Origin: Macrostomum hystrix
Taxonomy: Eukaryota; Animalia; Platyhelminthes
Direction of reading: 5' to 3'
Assembly (NCBI GenBank): GCA_950097015.1
Contig: CATNEN010000001.1
Span: forward strand, 186,001 to 250,000
Length of the DNA: 64,000 bases
Under the pieces are notes generated by a model that saw only the letters and a program-made list of their open reading frames with translations, ran no database searches and was not told the DNA's origin. Positions 36,076-48,463 of this stretch are shown piece after piece. Made by a program: the position numbers and the translations under genes. Position 1 is the first letter of the stretch, and each line of letters opens with the position of its first letter.

Positions 36076-36519
36076 TATGGAGCTTTTAAACCGCCTAGTG
36101 CCTGCCATCTGAGACTGAAATTGCTGGTTTTGCTAATCCATAACGATGCAGGTTATTGATCAGGTCAAACCACTAAAAAGTGCAATCTTCAATCTATTCA
36201 ATGAAGAGAGCAGGTTTTACTTATAAACCTTTCAAATAATTACCACAAGAATACTCCACAAACACTCCTGCTGTTTAGGCATACCTGTTTTACTTTTCTG
36301 CAAAAAAGAGAACAATGCAACTTTCACACACAGAATACTCAAGTTTCGCAAAACACAAAGAGATGAACCTAAGACTTGTTAATGAATAACATCTTTGTTC
36401 TCAGAAGGACCTTCTTAATTTATGAGTGGTTGTTAACACACTGTCTATATATAAGTTCTCGCATGCACTGTGCTATGCATGGACAAATATCTTTGCAAAT
36501 TGATATTCTAAGCCATCAA

Positions 36520-37981
36520 ATGATTCTGCTATTAATCTGCCTGTTCACATCCGCAGCTGCATCTGCAGCGGGTTGTCCGCATGGTCGAGGGTTCACCCTA
36601 GACAACACCGCTACGTGGTCGGTGCCGGAGCATTTTCGATCCGCAATGGGCATCCGGGATCAGCTGCAATGCGCCCTGCGGTGTCGCAGTGTGCCCGAAG
36701 CCTGCTTCGGCTTCTACTGGCTGACGAGAGCAGCCGAGTGTCGACTGTTCAACGCCACCTCCTGGACTAGAAGATCGCGATGGATTGCTAGCCCCGAGCT
36801 AACCGACATTTTCACTGTGGCCATGGTTGGTAAGGTGTCCATTGTGCCATCTAGGGGAGAGGGATGAAGTCCCGAGTTCGTATCCGCGTCGAGGCAAACC
36901 GCTTGGAGATAAGATTTAGTCACGGCATTATATATGCGCCAGAGAGGGATGCGACACGGGAGAGATGAGACACGGGAGAGATGAGACAGGGGAGAGATGA
37001 GAGACGGGAGAGATAAGACAGGGGAGAGATGAGACAGGGGAGAGATGAGACAGGGGAGAGATGAGACAGGGGAGAGATGAGACACGGGAGAGATGAGACA
37101 GGGGAGAGATGAGACAGGGGAGAGATTAGACAGGGGAGAGATGAGACACGGGAGAGATGAGACACGGGAGAGATGAGACAGGGGAGAGATGAGACAGGGG
37201 AGAGATGAGACAGGGGAGAGATGAGACACGGGAGAGATGAGACACGGGAGAGATGAGACAGGGGAGAGACGAGACACGGGAGAGATGAGACACGGGAGAG
37301 ATGAGACAGGGGAGAGACGAGACACGGGAGAGATGAGACAGGGGAGAGATGAGACACGGGAGAGATGAGACACGGGAGAGATGAGACAGGGGAGAGATGA
37401 GACACGGGAGAGATGAGACACGGGAGAGATGAGACACGGGAGAGATGAGACAGGGGAGAGACGAGAGAATTCTACAGACCTAGGCTTCACCCAAATTAAG
37501 TTAGAGGGCGAGGAAAATTGGGAGTTTATTAAAAACATCTAAAAGCAGACTCCACCGCAAACTTCCAGAGTCCTCTCTGCGCATCAGCGGTTGCAGTCAG
37601 AGCTCAACACTCAATGTCGCGTACTGCAACTTGGCACTAGATGGCAATACAACTCAGAATTACTTTGCCGGTTCTTGCACGCACACTGAAGGCACCAGGC
37701 CGCACGATTGGTGGCAGGTGCACCTGGCCCAGGTGTCTGTAATCTCATCCGTAACCATCTACAATAGGCGGGACTGCTGCTCTAATCGACTGAACAATTT
37801 CACCGTGCTAGTCGACGGCCTGGAGTGCGCTAGGTACGAGAGCAGTGTGACCTTTTCGATGAAGACTCTCAACTGCGCAGCCTTTGGCAGTCGGCTGCAG
37901 ATTGTCAGCGGACTACTGGAAGTGTTTAGCCTGTGCGAAGTGCAGCTAGTTGGTGCTTCGCTGGGTCTGCTGAATGTCTAG
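36520..37981 (+). CDS. Secreted PAN/apple + F-type lectin (fucolectin) protein, ~240 aa; exons 36520-36829 and 37569-37981
   Basis: Signal MILLLICLFTSAAASA; PAN QCALRCRSVPEACFGFYW..ECRL; the phase-1 G|GTAAGG donor matches the CCAG|AG acceptor; FTLD motifs ALDGN, CTHT, WWQV, NRRDCCSNRL, LCEV. Confidence 0.85.
36952..37466. repeat. 16-bp minisatellite (GGGAGAGATGAGACAC)n in the lectin intron
   Basis: Reverse complement of the unit at 6934-7935. Confidence 0.95.
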
Positions 37982-38104
37982 CAATAGAATTCGTTGCAAA
38001 TAATCTGCTTCGAGAGCTGCAGCAAATCTAACAAGAGCATGTCTATAATACTCAACCCAACAGTCCCATCAGTTATCTAACTCATCTCTACGCTGTCACA
38101 TATC

Positions 38105-38708
38105 TTCCCTGTCTCCTCTCTCTTGCCTTATCTCTCCTTTCTCACCTCTCCTGTCTCATCTGACCTGTCTTATCTCTCTTCTGCCTTATCTCTCTCCTGT
38201 CTCACTTTACCTGTATTATCTCTCTCCTGTCTCACCTTTCCTGTCTTATCTCTCTCCTGTCTTATCTCACTCCAGTCTCACCTCTCCTGTCTTATCTCTC
38301 TCCAGTCTTATCTCTCTCCTGTCTTATCTCTCTTCTGTCTCACCTCACCTGTCTTATCTCTCTCCTGTCTTATCTCTCTCCTGTCTTATCTCTATCCTGT
38401 TTTATCTCTCTCCTGTCTCACCTCTCCTGTCTTATCTCTCTCCAGTCTCATCTCTCTCCTGTCTCATCTCACCTGTCTTATCTCTCTCCTGTCTCACCTT
38501 TCCTGTCTTATCTCTCTCCTGTCTCACCTCACCTGTCTTATCTCTCTCCTGTCTTATCTCTCTTCTGTCTTATCTCACTCCAGTCTCACCTTACCTGTTT
38601 TATCTCTCTCCTGTCTTATCTCTCTTCTGTCTTATCTCTCTTCTGTCTTATCTCTCTCCTGTTTTATCTCTCTCCTGTCTCACCTTTTCTGTCTTATCTC
38701 TCCTGTCC
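38105..38708. repeat. ~15-17-bp pyrimidine-rich minisatellite (CCTGTCTTATCTCTCT)n (copy A)
   Basis: Seen directly; followed by a SINE remnant (GTCCGATTCCC...TTGAGCAAGACAC, 38714-38770). Confidence 0.92.
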
Positions 38709-39654
38709 TCGACACGATCGCAGTCCGATTCCCAGCCCAAGCAATTTGTCTGCTTGAGCAAGACACAGCCAGATTGAGCAAGGTTAAAACAAAAAAGCAG
38801 TTCTTTTGGAAAACAAAATACAAAGAATTTTAACAGAAGTTCGTGAATTATGAAAAAAGCAACAATACTAAATTAGTGTTGCGCAAGTTTACTATTTTTT
38901 ATCTCAGTTTTAACAATATGGAATCACCAGTTTATCACTGACAAAACGTATGCACTCGCAGCGCTTACTACAAGCAAAACAACAAAAAATGTAATCAATT
39001 GGAATAGAATTTTATTAGAACTAGAAATTGAATGCACACACTGATAACTCCATTGAAGTTGTGTACACAAAATTAATGGTCAGAGAGAAAACTAATGAAA
39101 GAATTAATTTTAGGATGCTTAACAAGTAGCCACTTAATGAGTTCATATTTTCGGTTCAGATTCAGATATCAAGCAATCAAAAAGTGGTTAAGATTAAAAA
39201 AGAAAACATAAAACAATGGTCCACAGGAAAAAAAACTAGGAAATCCACGGCTGAACTGATTGACAATATTTAAACTTTTATTCATTGAAAGTCCCGGAGT
39301 TATTGCTTGGGGACATGTGAAATTTAGAATGAAGTTGAGATTGTACAACTGCCTGACGATGAGAAAGTCAAGGCAGATGTACACACCTGCGTGATTTGTG
39401 TGCTCAGGAGTCGACGGAATGAGCAAGCTGCCAGAGAGATGGCTCAAATGTGTGCAACTTGGGGGTGACTATGTTGACAATTAGCTGTTCTTTGTTTTTT
39501 TCTTTGATATTTTTTTTGCAGTTGCCAGCGAATTTTTTACACAACCCTCGAAAGAAAATAAAAATTTTCCGCGTTTTATGCAGAAAATCCTACCTTGATG
39601 ATAATTCTACCTAATAGTTTCTAGGAAAGTTAGGTTTGTTTCTAGGAAACGCGT

Positions 39655-40690
39655 TTGCCATGACTCCGGCGCCGCAGCCGCCGTGGCACTTGTTGGCCTC
39701 CCTGTTTTCATCAGCTTCGACTCATTGAATCCCGGCTGCCCGTTGACGCCGCCGAATCCGTTGATTAAATAGCCGTACGATACCGGCGTGACACCGCCGC
39801 GTGTTGAAGTCGAGGCCCAGCCTCCTACGACCAGCCGTCAGGTTGAACAAACCGGAAATTACGGCGCCCAAACCGCCAGAGTTTACGGTCCAAGAGCCAC
39901 CGCAAGCTCCGGAGACCTCAATCTGCTAGCAGCTGGTGGCATTGATCCTAGCAAACTGAATTGAACTGAACTGAATCACAGGGGTGAGTGGCAGATCGGT
40001 CCAATCGCGTGCTCGATTCCGTGGCGAGGCCACATTCATTTGGGGCTTCAGGGCCAATACTGAAGGCATACACTTACAGTGACAGTGTACACTGCCTGAC
40101 GATGAGAAAGTCAGGGCAGATGAGAATTGCCTCCTCGCTGGTTGCGGGTCGACTGTCAAGAAATGATCTTGTAATCTAGTGTCCTTAAATCCTCGTTTAC
40201 AAGTGTCGTCTACAGTTTTACCCACATAAAACTTGCTCTGGTCTGGAACGGGGCTATCTTGAAATTGCATAGCATAATTTTAACGCCAGATTAAAAGGCC
40301 ATTTTTCAAAAAGCTTTGTTTGGTTGCCTAGAAGACAAGTGAAATTGAATGCTTTTCTAACTCACAACTGAACTTGGTAGAACCGGACAGGGCTGTATAG
40401 TTGACGGTAATGTATCGACCTCGATTAATTATATTATCGAAGTCGTTTATCTTCCACGTCTTCGCTCCGACCTTCGTCCGCATCACCGTGGCTAGGCCCG
40501 TCAAGGGAGTCAACGGTGCAGTCTTGATGTCGTCTCGAGGCATGAGCAGTTGGCACACTCTGCTGACGTAGCCGAATGTGGCGGCAGCGCAGGCGCGTTG
40601 GATGCACCGGAACACGCACTCGGTCTCAGATCGAGTATTTGGCTCGTCGACCATGTCAGCAAGGATTCCGGGGTCAAGGATGGTAGATGG
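39655..40690 (-). pseudogene. PAN paralog 1 / glycine-rich gene, copy B (signal peptide deleted, SINE inserted)
   Basis: PAN exon matches 27627-27957 but lacks 27958-28268. SINE insertion at 40008-40151. Gly-rich remnant GGVNGQPG...CHGGCGAG. Confidence 0.8.
40008..40151 (+). mobile_element. 5'-truncated SINE family 2 insertion
   Basis: Absent from copy A (the empty site AATCGACTGTC is at 27419); begins at a B-box-like GCTCGATTCC. Confidence 0.75.
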
Positions 40691-40743
40691 AAGTATCGAA
40701 CAGAGCGTTGTTTTCAATTTCTTTTCAATTTGGGCGAGCGCAA

Positions 40744-43700
40744 GGGGGTGAGTGGGTCAGCGGCTAATGTCGCTGCCTCACTTTCCAAGATCTGCGAAGT
40801 AGTGACTTGCGGTTGCGGAGATGCACCTTGGCTCGTCAAACCAAATGTGCAACCGAAGCTAATTTAAAATAGCTTAACCTCTGCCTTCTGCATGCCCATG
40901 CTTGTTTGTGTTTGTGTTTGTGCGTTGGGCCGGCTGTGAGGCGTTGTATGGGGGTGGGGCGGGTGTGCACCAGCCGTCTGCGCGCGTGGCTTGGTCTTCT
41001 CGTCCGCGGACCCCGGGATTATAAGCAACTGGACTGGAAGGAGAGATAATTTTATTTTCCACCCTATACCACAAGGGGGAAATGCTTCTCCTTTCTGTCC
41101 CCCAGTTGGGGCTTGGGGTCTTTGTTCCACGAGGGAAAGAAAGCTTTCGTTGTACACTAAAAAGCTCTCTCTACAATGTACATTCCAATTCGTCCCTGTT
41201 CGTATTTCGGCCGGGGTTGTGGCCTGTAGTGGACTACAATAATTGCTGCACTGTACAGCATGTCCTAAAAACGATCTCTCCTTGTTTTTGCTAACTAGCA
41301 CTCATAATTGTCTGAGACTCTGAGAGTGAAGACCACTAATGGTGAAGGCTTGCTCAGCGTACGGATGCTCAAATCGAGCAAATGGAACTGTCGCAGGAGT
41401 CAGCTTCCATAGTTTTCCATGGAAGGACCCCGCCCTTCTGGAAAAGTGGAAGCGAGCCAACCCAAGGCAGGAGTCTGAGCCAACAAAAAACTCAAGGAAT
41501 TGCTCTAGACATTTTCATCCGGAAGACTTCGTTGAAAGTTCCATCGATACAAACGTCGCACGTAAGAAGAGCAAGGAGCAACTACTAAGACGCCTTTTGA
41601 AACAAGAGGCTGTGCCGTCCATCTTTCCCAACGCTCCATCCTACCTGTCCTCTGAAAAAAAGCCGCAGAGATCAACAGCGGCGACTTCTTCTGAACGTCT
41701 GGAGCGGGAACTCAGTGCCCTGCAAAGCAGCATCGACACCTTTCAGGAAGCCGACTCAATTGCTGATTGCAGCCTACACGACGTGCGCTCCAGACTTGAT
41801 CAGGAGGAGGAGTAAGCCAGCAGGTATTCAAATCTCTCTGTGTGACGGCAAGCTGTGCATTTACATGCTTGAGATGGAGCCCCATTTTCATGTTGCGTGC
41901 TATATTTGCTTGGCTGAAGACCTCACCGTCACATGTGGATTCCGTGGATTGCCTCTGAAGATGAATAGGTTTGTCGATCTGTTGACTAATGGCAAGGTCT
42001 CGACCCTTAGCCAGCTTGTTAACATCATGTCAAGAATCAAGATTTTGAAGGAGGATACGGCCGAGTCTGACGATAAAGTTTCGCATCTGCTGGATATGGC
42101 TGAAGACCTGTTAGAAGAGGTGGAAGAGCTGGCAGATAACTGAACGGTGAGCTTTGCTTTGGAGCAATTGAAGCTGAGTAGAAAGCCAGCATCTGCTCGC
42201 AGGTACTCGCAGGAGCTTCTCGTTTTTGCGTATTTAATTTACTCAATCAGTGCCGCTGCATACAAGACCATGCTGGAGCAGGAAGCACTTTGTCTGCCAT
42301 CTGATCGCACTTTGAGGTCCATCACAGCTAGAGTTGGTTCTAAGGTAGGTCTGGATAACGAAGGCTATCTTAAACTTCGTGCATCTAAGCTTGAACAAGT
42401 TGAGAAAGTTGTCGTCCTTGCGATTGATGAGATCTACATTGCCAATCGGGTTGAGTACAACAATGGTCAGTTGAATGGACTGGATGCAGATGGAGCTACA
42501 GCAAAGACACTCTGCTCTGCTGCTTCATGATCCGCTCTGTAGCGAGTCAATACAAGGACATGATTGCGATGCATGCCGTTGCAACATTGACTGCGAAGAA
42601 ACTTACAGAATGGTTTCACCAGGCGATGAGTGTCTTAAGAAAGTTTAATTTCACTGTTTGTGCAGTGTGCGTTGATAATGCCGCAGTGAACCGCAAGTTT
42701 GTCAGAGGCCTGTGCGGCAACAACTTCAACCTTTGCTTCATGGATGAATTAACTGGACAGCCTGTTTTTGTGCTGTTCGATCCAGTGCACAATTTGAAGA
42801 ACATCTAAAATAAGTTTCAAATCCGAGGAGAATTTCGGTTTCCTGCCTTTCCAATTCGGCCACAAGTGTCTGAGGCTCACTTTGGACACATTGTTCGGCT
42901 CTACGAGCTGGAAGCAACCAAGCCATTGAAGCTAGCGCACAAGCTCAGCCCTGCCGTGCTTAATCCAAAGAGCATTGAGAAAACTTCGGTGAAGCTGGCA
43001 GCGGAGCAGGCCACTGCAGATTTCACCAGCCTTGGCATATCAGCCTTGGCATATCAGTTGGCAGCCTTTAGCCTTGGTGCTGAAGCTCTGGCATATTTTG
43101 AACGTCAGGACTCCATTCAAAGGGAAAGCGAAACGCGACATCAGCCAGGATCCTGTGCGCTCTTCGCTTGACTGGAAGCTGCAATTTCTTCTGGAGTTTG
43201 CCGAATTTCTAGAGGTAAGGCTTTTCATTGCATTTTTTATGTTGACTCAAAGGCCGCAGTACTCAATAATATTTATAAGTCTATGTTACATATTGCAGAG
43301 CTGGGAGAAGTCTGGGTATCCTGGCTTGTCTAAAGAAACGTTCCTTGCTTGTCGAGTGACTTGTCGTGCTCTGGCCGCCTGCGCAGCTCATCTTCTGGAT
43401 CATGAAGGATTTTCATTTGTTCTCCTTGGAGCACTGCAGTCTGACTGCATCGAAAGTCGATTTGGATGGCTGCGTCAGATGTCAGGAACCAATTTTTACA
43501 TTTCTGCTCGTCAGGTCAAGGAGAACAGCAGGAAGATCGCCGCTGTAAATCTGCTGAAATATTCTAAATTCTCACTTAAGGAGATTGACGCTGCAATCGA
43601 TAAGCCTGACGACAGCAGCAGCTCTGTTCAGGAGTGTGTCAACAACTTGGCCGTAAAGCTAGACATGGATTGCGAGCCAGCTCCTGCTGATCAGACGGTA

Positions 43701-44700
43701 ATTTATTGCGTCATTGCCGCTGTTGCCCGAACTCTGGTGAAAAACCGAAGGTGTGATTCGTGCAGAGAACTGCTGTTGGAGGAAGATGCTGCCGCGCAGT
43801 TAGATGTTGACTGGGTTCCAGCACAGGCCTCCTCCTTCATTGACCAGATCAACCGAGGTGGTCTTTGCCAGCCAACTGAGTTTGCTTTTGCTTTGGGCAC
43901 TCATTGCTGGAAAATTTTCGAAGAGATTCGGCGAAAGGAGACATTGAAGAAGGAGTTCATGTGGCGCTCAGCAGCAGCAGCTGGTATTTTGTGGACTCGT
44001 GGACGAAATGACCGACGACGCACTTTTTCTAGAATCATTCACCCACCTCACAACATGCACCCAAGGACATGATGTGAAGACAGAATTGTCTAAAGCGTTC
44101 TTCAACTGCATGATGAAGAACCTGGCTAAGGAAGTTTCTGGCGATTCGGAGCGCGGAAGGAAGCGGAAGATTGCGAAGCTCTCCAGTCAGTCAGCCGATT
44201 CCTACTAATAATTAACTGCGGATTCGCCTCGGTTTCAGATTAAGTGGCTTGTCAGAAATGTTTTGTTTTTTTCACTGTTGCAAAGTGTTTTTTGCAGTTG
44301 TGCACGTGTCTATTTATCTATTTATGTGATTTGTGTTCATGTGTTTGTGAGCAATTCATGCCCCTCTGCAGAAAAGCTGTGTAGGAAACTAATGCCCCCT
44401 TGTGGTATAGGTTATTTTTAGCCTTCCAGTCCAGTTGCTTATAATCCCGGGGTCCGCGTCTCGTCCCTACCCTTCAAACCTCCCCTGATTTGGTCTGCTC
44501 TGTGCGTGTGCGGGTCTGGGGTGAGAGGTACTCCGGCTGCCGCCCCTTTTCCCGCTTGGCTTGCTGCTGTGTGTGAGGTGCCTGTGTCCAGGGGTCCAGA
44601 TGGCGCGATGGGCGACTCCCGCCTATAGTTCGCCGGCCTGGGGGCATGCCGTTCCTGCGCTTGGGCGTCAAGTGCCCCAGGCCCCCCTGCAATTAAGAAA
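40744..44700 (+). mobile_element. SINE-like retroposon (~500 bp) hosting the P-like element
   Basis: 12-bp direct repeat GGGCGAGCGCAA at 40732-40743 and 44701-44712. A-box-like TGGGTCAGCGG at the 5' end. The 3' part shares ATGGGCGACTCCCGCCT with the LINE 3' UTR. Confidence 0.65.
41005..44458 (+). mobile_element. P-superfamily (THAP9/Galileo-like) DNA transposon with a defective transposase
   Basis: Perfect 37-bp TIRs (41005-41041, 44422-44458) and a 7-bp TSD TCTCGTC. THAP domain (CSAYGC..FHSFP..W..CSRHF..AVPSIF). Catalytic-region motifs AIDE, VDNAAVN, FDPVHNLKNI, QSDCIESRFGWLRQ. Intron 43215-43298. Stops at 42141 and 42806 plus frameshifts. Confidence 0.93.
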
Positions 44701-44925
44701 GGGCGAGCGCAAAAGCTGGGGCTGAGGTCCTATCTGTGCCGGATGTACCATAAACTATGGGGGCAGCAGCATTGAGTGCATTGAGTTTGCTGAACTGAAA
44801 TGTCTGTGGCAGTTTTACCTATACCAAGTTTATTAGATCTAGCTGCTATTTCGTTTTTCTAAGCCTTGTTGGCCAAACTTTTACCATCCTCAGTCAATCT
44901 TTGCGAAATTTAATCTCTAACAAAA

Positions 44926-46579
44926 ATGGATAACTTCTACACCTCTTCAAAAGCAGCTTTGTTAATTAAACTGCTTATTCTAGTCGCTAGTAGCCAAATA
45001 TTGGATGCTGCCGACTTCACCCAAGCCGAAAAAGATGAATTCGTCAAAGTTCACAACGACTACAGAATATCGGCTGAGCCCAAACCGTTCGTACCTTTGA
45101 AAACTGTGGTAAGCTCAATTTTAAATGTGTGACTCGTGACAGAAAAATAGCGATTGTTACTGTTACTGTATATTTCGGGGACCGTTGCTCAAGCCCAAAA
45201 TCCAAGGTGGCGCTCCCAAATCGAAGGTCGTTCCGCCCCTCAAATACCAGGTGGCGCCGCCCGCACATCCAAGGTGGTTCCGCCCCTCAAATACCAGGTG
45301 GCGCTCCCAAATCCAAGGTGGTTCCGCCCCTCAAATACCAGGTGGCGCCCCCCCGCACATCCAAGGTGGTTCCGCCCCTCAAATACCAGGTGACGCCCCC
45401 CGCAAATCCAAGGTGGTTCCGCCCCTCAAATACAAGGTGACGCCCCCAAATCCAAGGTGGTTCCGCCATTTAAATTCAAGGTGGCGACGCCCCCAATCCA
45501 AGGTGGTATCACCTCCCCAACTCTACGCTATATAATTACCTTCCCACCTCCACCGCTCCGCCCCGTAAAGCAGGTATAGATAAAAGTAACAATAATTGCC
45601 ATAACGTTCCTTTCAGACATGGAGTGCAGCAATGGAGGAAGCCGCAAAAAAATCTTCAAGGAATCATGGCGGCTGTAAGTATGAGCATAGTAAGTTCAGT
45701 CCAGGCGAAAATCTCTTCTATACAACGTATAGCACATTTACTCCAACTGAGATTGTGAAAGATTGGCACGACGAGAAATATGATTACGATCACAAGGAGA
45801 AAAAGTGTCTGGGCGTGTGCAACCATTATCTTTTGTTGATGCAACGCGGTTTGACTGAAATCGGCTGCACGCATTGCGTTGATCGAACGTATCGTAATAC
45901 ATTTGGCCAAACTCAACGTACTATCGTCTATTGCGCCTACAATACGAGAAACACGAACGAGTGCGTTACTCAATACTTATTTTTACATTTGCACTAATTT
46001 CAGTAAGGAAGGAAGGAAGGAAGGAAGGAAGGAAGGAAGGAAGGAAGGAAGGAAGGAAGGAAGGAAGGAAGGAAGGAAGGAAGGAAGGTAGGAAGGAAGG
46101 AAGGAAGGAAGGAAGGAAGGAAGGAAGGAAGGAAGGAAGGAAGGAAGGAAGGAAGGAAGGAAGGAAGGAAGGAAGGAAGGAAGGTAGGAAGGAAGGAAGG
46201 AAGGAAGGAAGGAAGGAAGGAAGGGAGGAAGGAAGGAAGGAAGGAAGGAAGGAAGGAAGGAAGGAAGGAAGGAAGGAAGGAAGGAAGGAAGGAAGGAAGG
46301 AAGGAAGGAAAAAGGAAGGAAGGAAGGAAGTAAGGAAGGAAGGAAGGAAGGTAGGAAAGGATAATTTGATTTCTATTAATTTGTTTTAGACCATATGACT
46401 ACGATCCAGATGCCCCATGTCCATCGTGCAAAGCCGGGAGTGGTACGAGGAAGGAATGGAAGTGGTACATCTTACTTTTTATCGTGTCAATTATTTTAGT
46501 AGTTCTTGCTATTTTAGCGTTTTTATTTTATCGAAATGAGATAACAAATATGCTCAAACGAACCTTTCCTTCAAAATGA
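44926..46579 (+). CDS. CAP/SCP/TAPS-domain type I membrane protein (GLIPR1-like topology), ~238 aa; exons 44926-45108, 45617-45960, 46390-46579
   Basis: Signal peptide; VHNDYR, TWS, GENL, WHDE, CNHY, IGC, CAY motifs; PCPSC hinge; TM WYILLFIVSIILVVLAILAFLFY; GT-AG phases 0 and 2 consistent. Confidence 0.88.
45198..45515. repeat. GC-rich irregular tandem repeat (CCAAGGTGGTTCCGCCCCTCAAATACCAGGTGGCG..) in CAP intron 1
   Basis: Units of about 44-48 bp; the same array is at 58737-59054. Confidence 0.85.
46004..46360. repeat. (GGAA)n microsatellite in CAP intron 2
   Basis: Seen directly. Confidence 0.97.
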
Positions 46580-47535
46580 GACGTGACAAAGCAAGCTGTG
46601 AGCCGCAGCACACGAACTTTTAACAGTCAAATTGTATATTTTTTCTGCGAAAATATTTCCCACTTTCTCACTTTCTAAGAAATCGATATTCACTACTTCT
46701 TCTACAAGTATACTACTTATACCTATATGGCTACAATATTTTTAGTTATACGCTGGTAGCAAACAACAATCAATTTTTTTAAATTAGTAACACATTTATG
46801 AATGAAATTGTTTTCTAATAATTTTCTCCGCTGTCATAAGATAATTGCTTAGTTTTTAATTTCAACACTTTAATTTGAAACCATTTTTAACGCTGCATTA
46901 ATTCCTACTAATTCCTTAAATAGCAACTCACAATTCACAACAGAGTGAAAACCACACTTACAATTCGCGCTTAAGGCTTTCTACGAAAGTGTTTCAATGC
47001 TGCTTTTTATTCAACAGTTTATTTACGGTCACCTTTTGTTTCATTTAAGATCGAGTTATTCTCAACAATTGCTTTAAAAAAGTACGTTTCAGCTTCTAGG
47101 GCGACATCCTGTAATATATTCTCTTACTTTTTATATTCGTCGTAAAACCCTACAAGAACCTTCAGGCAACGAAGCATACATTTTGATTTCAAATAGTAAT
47201 GCTTATCCAATAGAACATTATAAGTATTAGAGTGACGAAAAAGCTAATAATGTCAGCTAATAAAACAAATATATTTAAGGTACAGAAATGTTTCCTAAAT
47301 ATATCAAATTAATATTAACGTTGTCCTTGTTATTTATTATAATTAATCTAAAAATTCCATCTCGTATTTACAGTTATGGAAGTTACGAAAATTATCGATC
47401 AATATATAACTGTGACTTCAACTATATTACCAGTGTCCTCTCTCTGCTTAGATGATTCTCTTGGTTAACTTTTTAAATCGAGAAAGCATCTTTGCTATAA
47501 TCGTAGTTGAAACATTTCATCCCGATCACAATGGA

Positions 47536-48463
47536 CTAATTGATCGGTTCAAAGCTAGCAGTTGCTGTCAGGCCACAGCTGTTGAACGCTGACCCGACCG
47601 TGGCCCAAATTGTTACCGGACGAGCCGATGCAGCTGCTGCCGCCACTGTGCGTGTACTTGACCCCGGCGCCACCGCCGAATCCGCCGCAGCCCAGCGCGT
47701 CGCCACCGGCCCGACCGCGTTAACCGCTCTGCGTTGTTTTATCGAATAAAGTGGAAAATTTGAGAAATAAATGCTGGTTGGTTGAATATTTTAAGAGACA
47801 CAGAAAAAAAGAAAGCTGTGGGTATTCTCAAAGACATGACAAAGGGTCATTCTAGTGTCCCTTTGTTAACCCGTGCTTTGTCCCTTTGCAATTCAGACGC
47901 CTTGCTGATCTCCCATACTGGCATACGGTACGCGGAGGCCAAAAGGCCTTTCGAGTTATCTTGCTTGCTGTTTAGCCTTTGTCAGTTGTTTTGATACGCG
48001 GCGCTGATTGGCTGGGCCGCCCTGCCTGGCCGCCCTTCCCCCAGCTGCGCCGTGATTGGTCAGTGGGTTGCTGGGTTGAGGTGGTGGGGCGGGGGGTTTG
48101 GGCGCCATCCCCGCCCCCTGATAAGCCGGCTCTTATATTATAAATAATAAATGCGCGGCTCTCGGGGGGGGTTGCTGGTCATTTACTTTACTTTAAATTT
48201 TTGCAATCGAATCGAGTTTTTTTATTCATAAACTGCTTCCTACAGACGCTGACATTCTGCATCAGTCTGGCGGCTGAGCATGCTGTGAGCTGACATCTGA
48301 TCATACACTCGGCCTCAGTCAGAACATTCGTCAGGCTGATCAACTCTCGCTGCTCGACTAGTTGTCTAGAACAATGTCTGTGGTATATTCTTTGTCGAAA
48401 CTGGCAGACATGACCAGTCCATGGACAGCTGGAGAAACGGATGCCAATAGTAGACATGTCCAA
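47536..48463 (-). pseudogene. PAN paralog 2 / glycine-rich gene, copy B, further deleted
   Basis: Matches 33089-35002, with deletions at ~47640, ~47718 (~800 bp) and ~48240 (~175 bp). Confidence 0.75.

Noticed and set aside
35558-36112. Glu-rich protein (also 49019 and 60764)
   Set aside because: No ATG or convincing acceptor, open in several frames, unit number varies between copies; treated as a minisatellite, though coding cannot be fully excluded
38123-38833. 236-aa Leu/Ser 'membrane' ORF (also 51548)
   Set aside because: Translation of the pyrimidine-rich minisatellite
41339-44208. Domesticated THAP9 gene or recoded (readthrough) transposase
   Set aside because: TIRs and TSD are present, and the mix of TAA/TGA stops and frameshifts indicates decay
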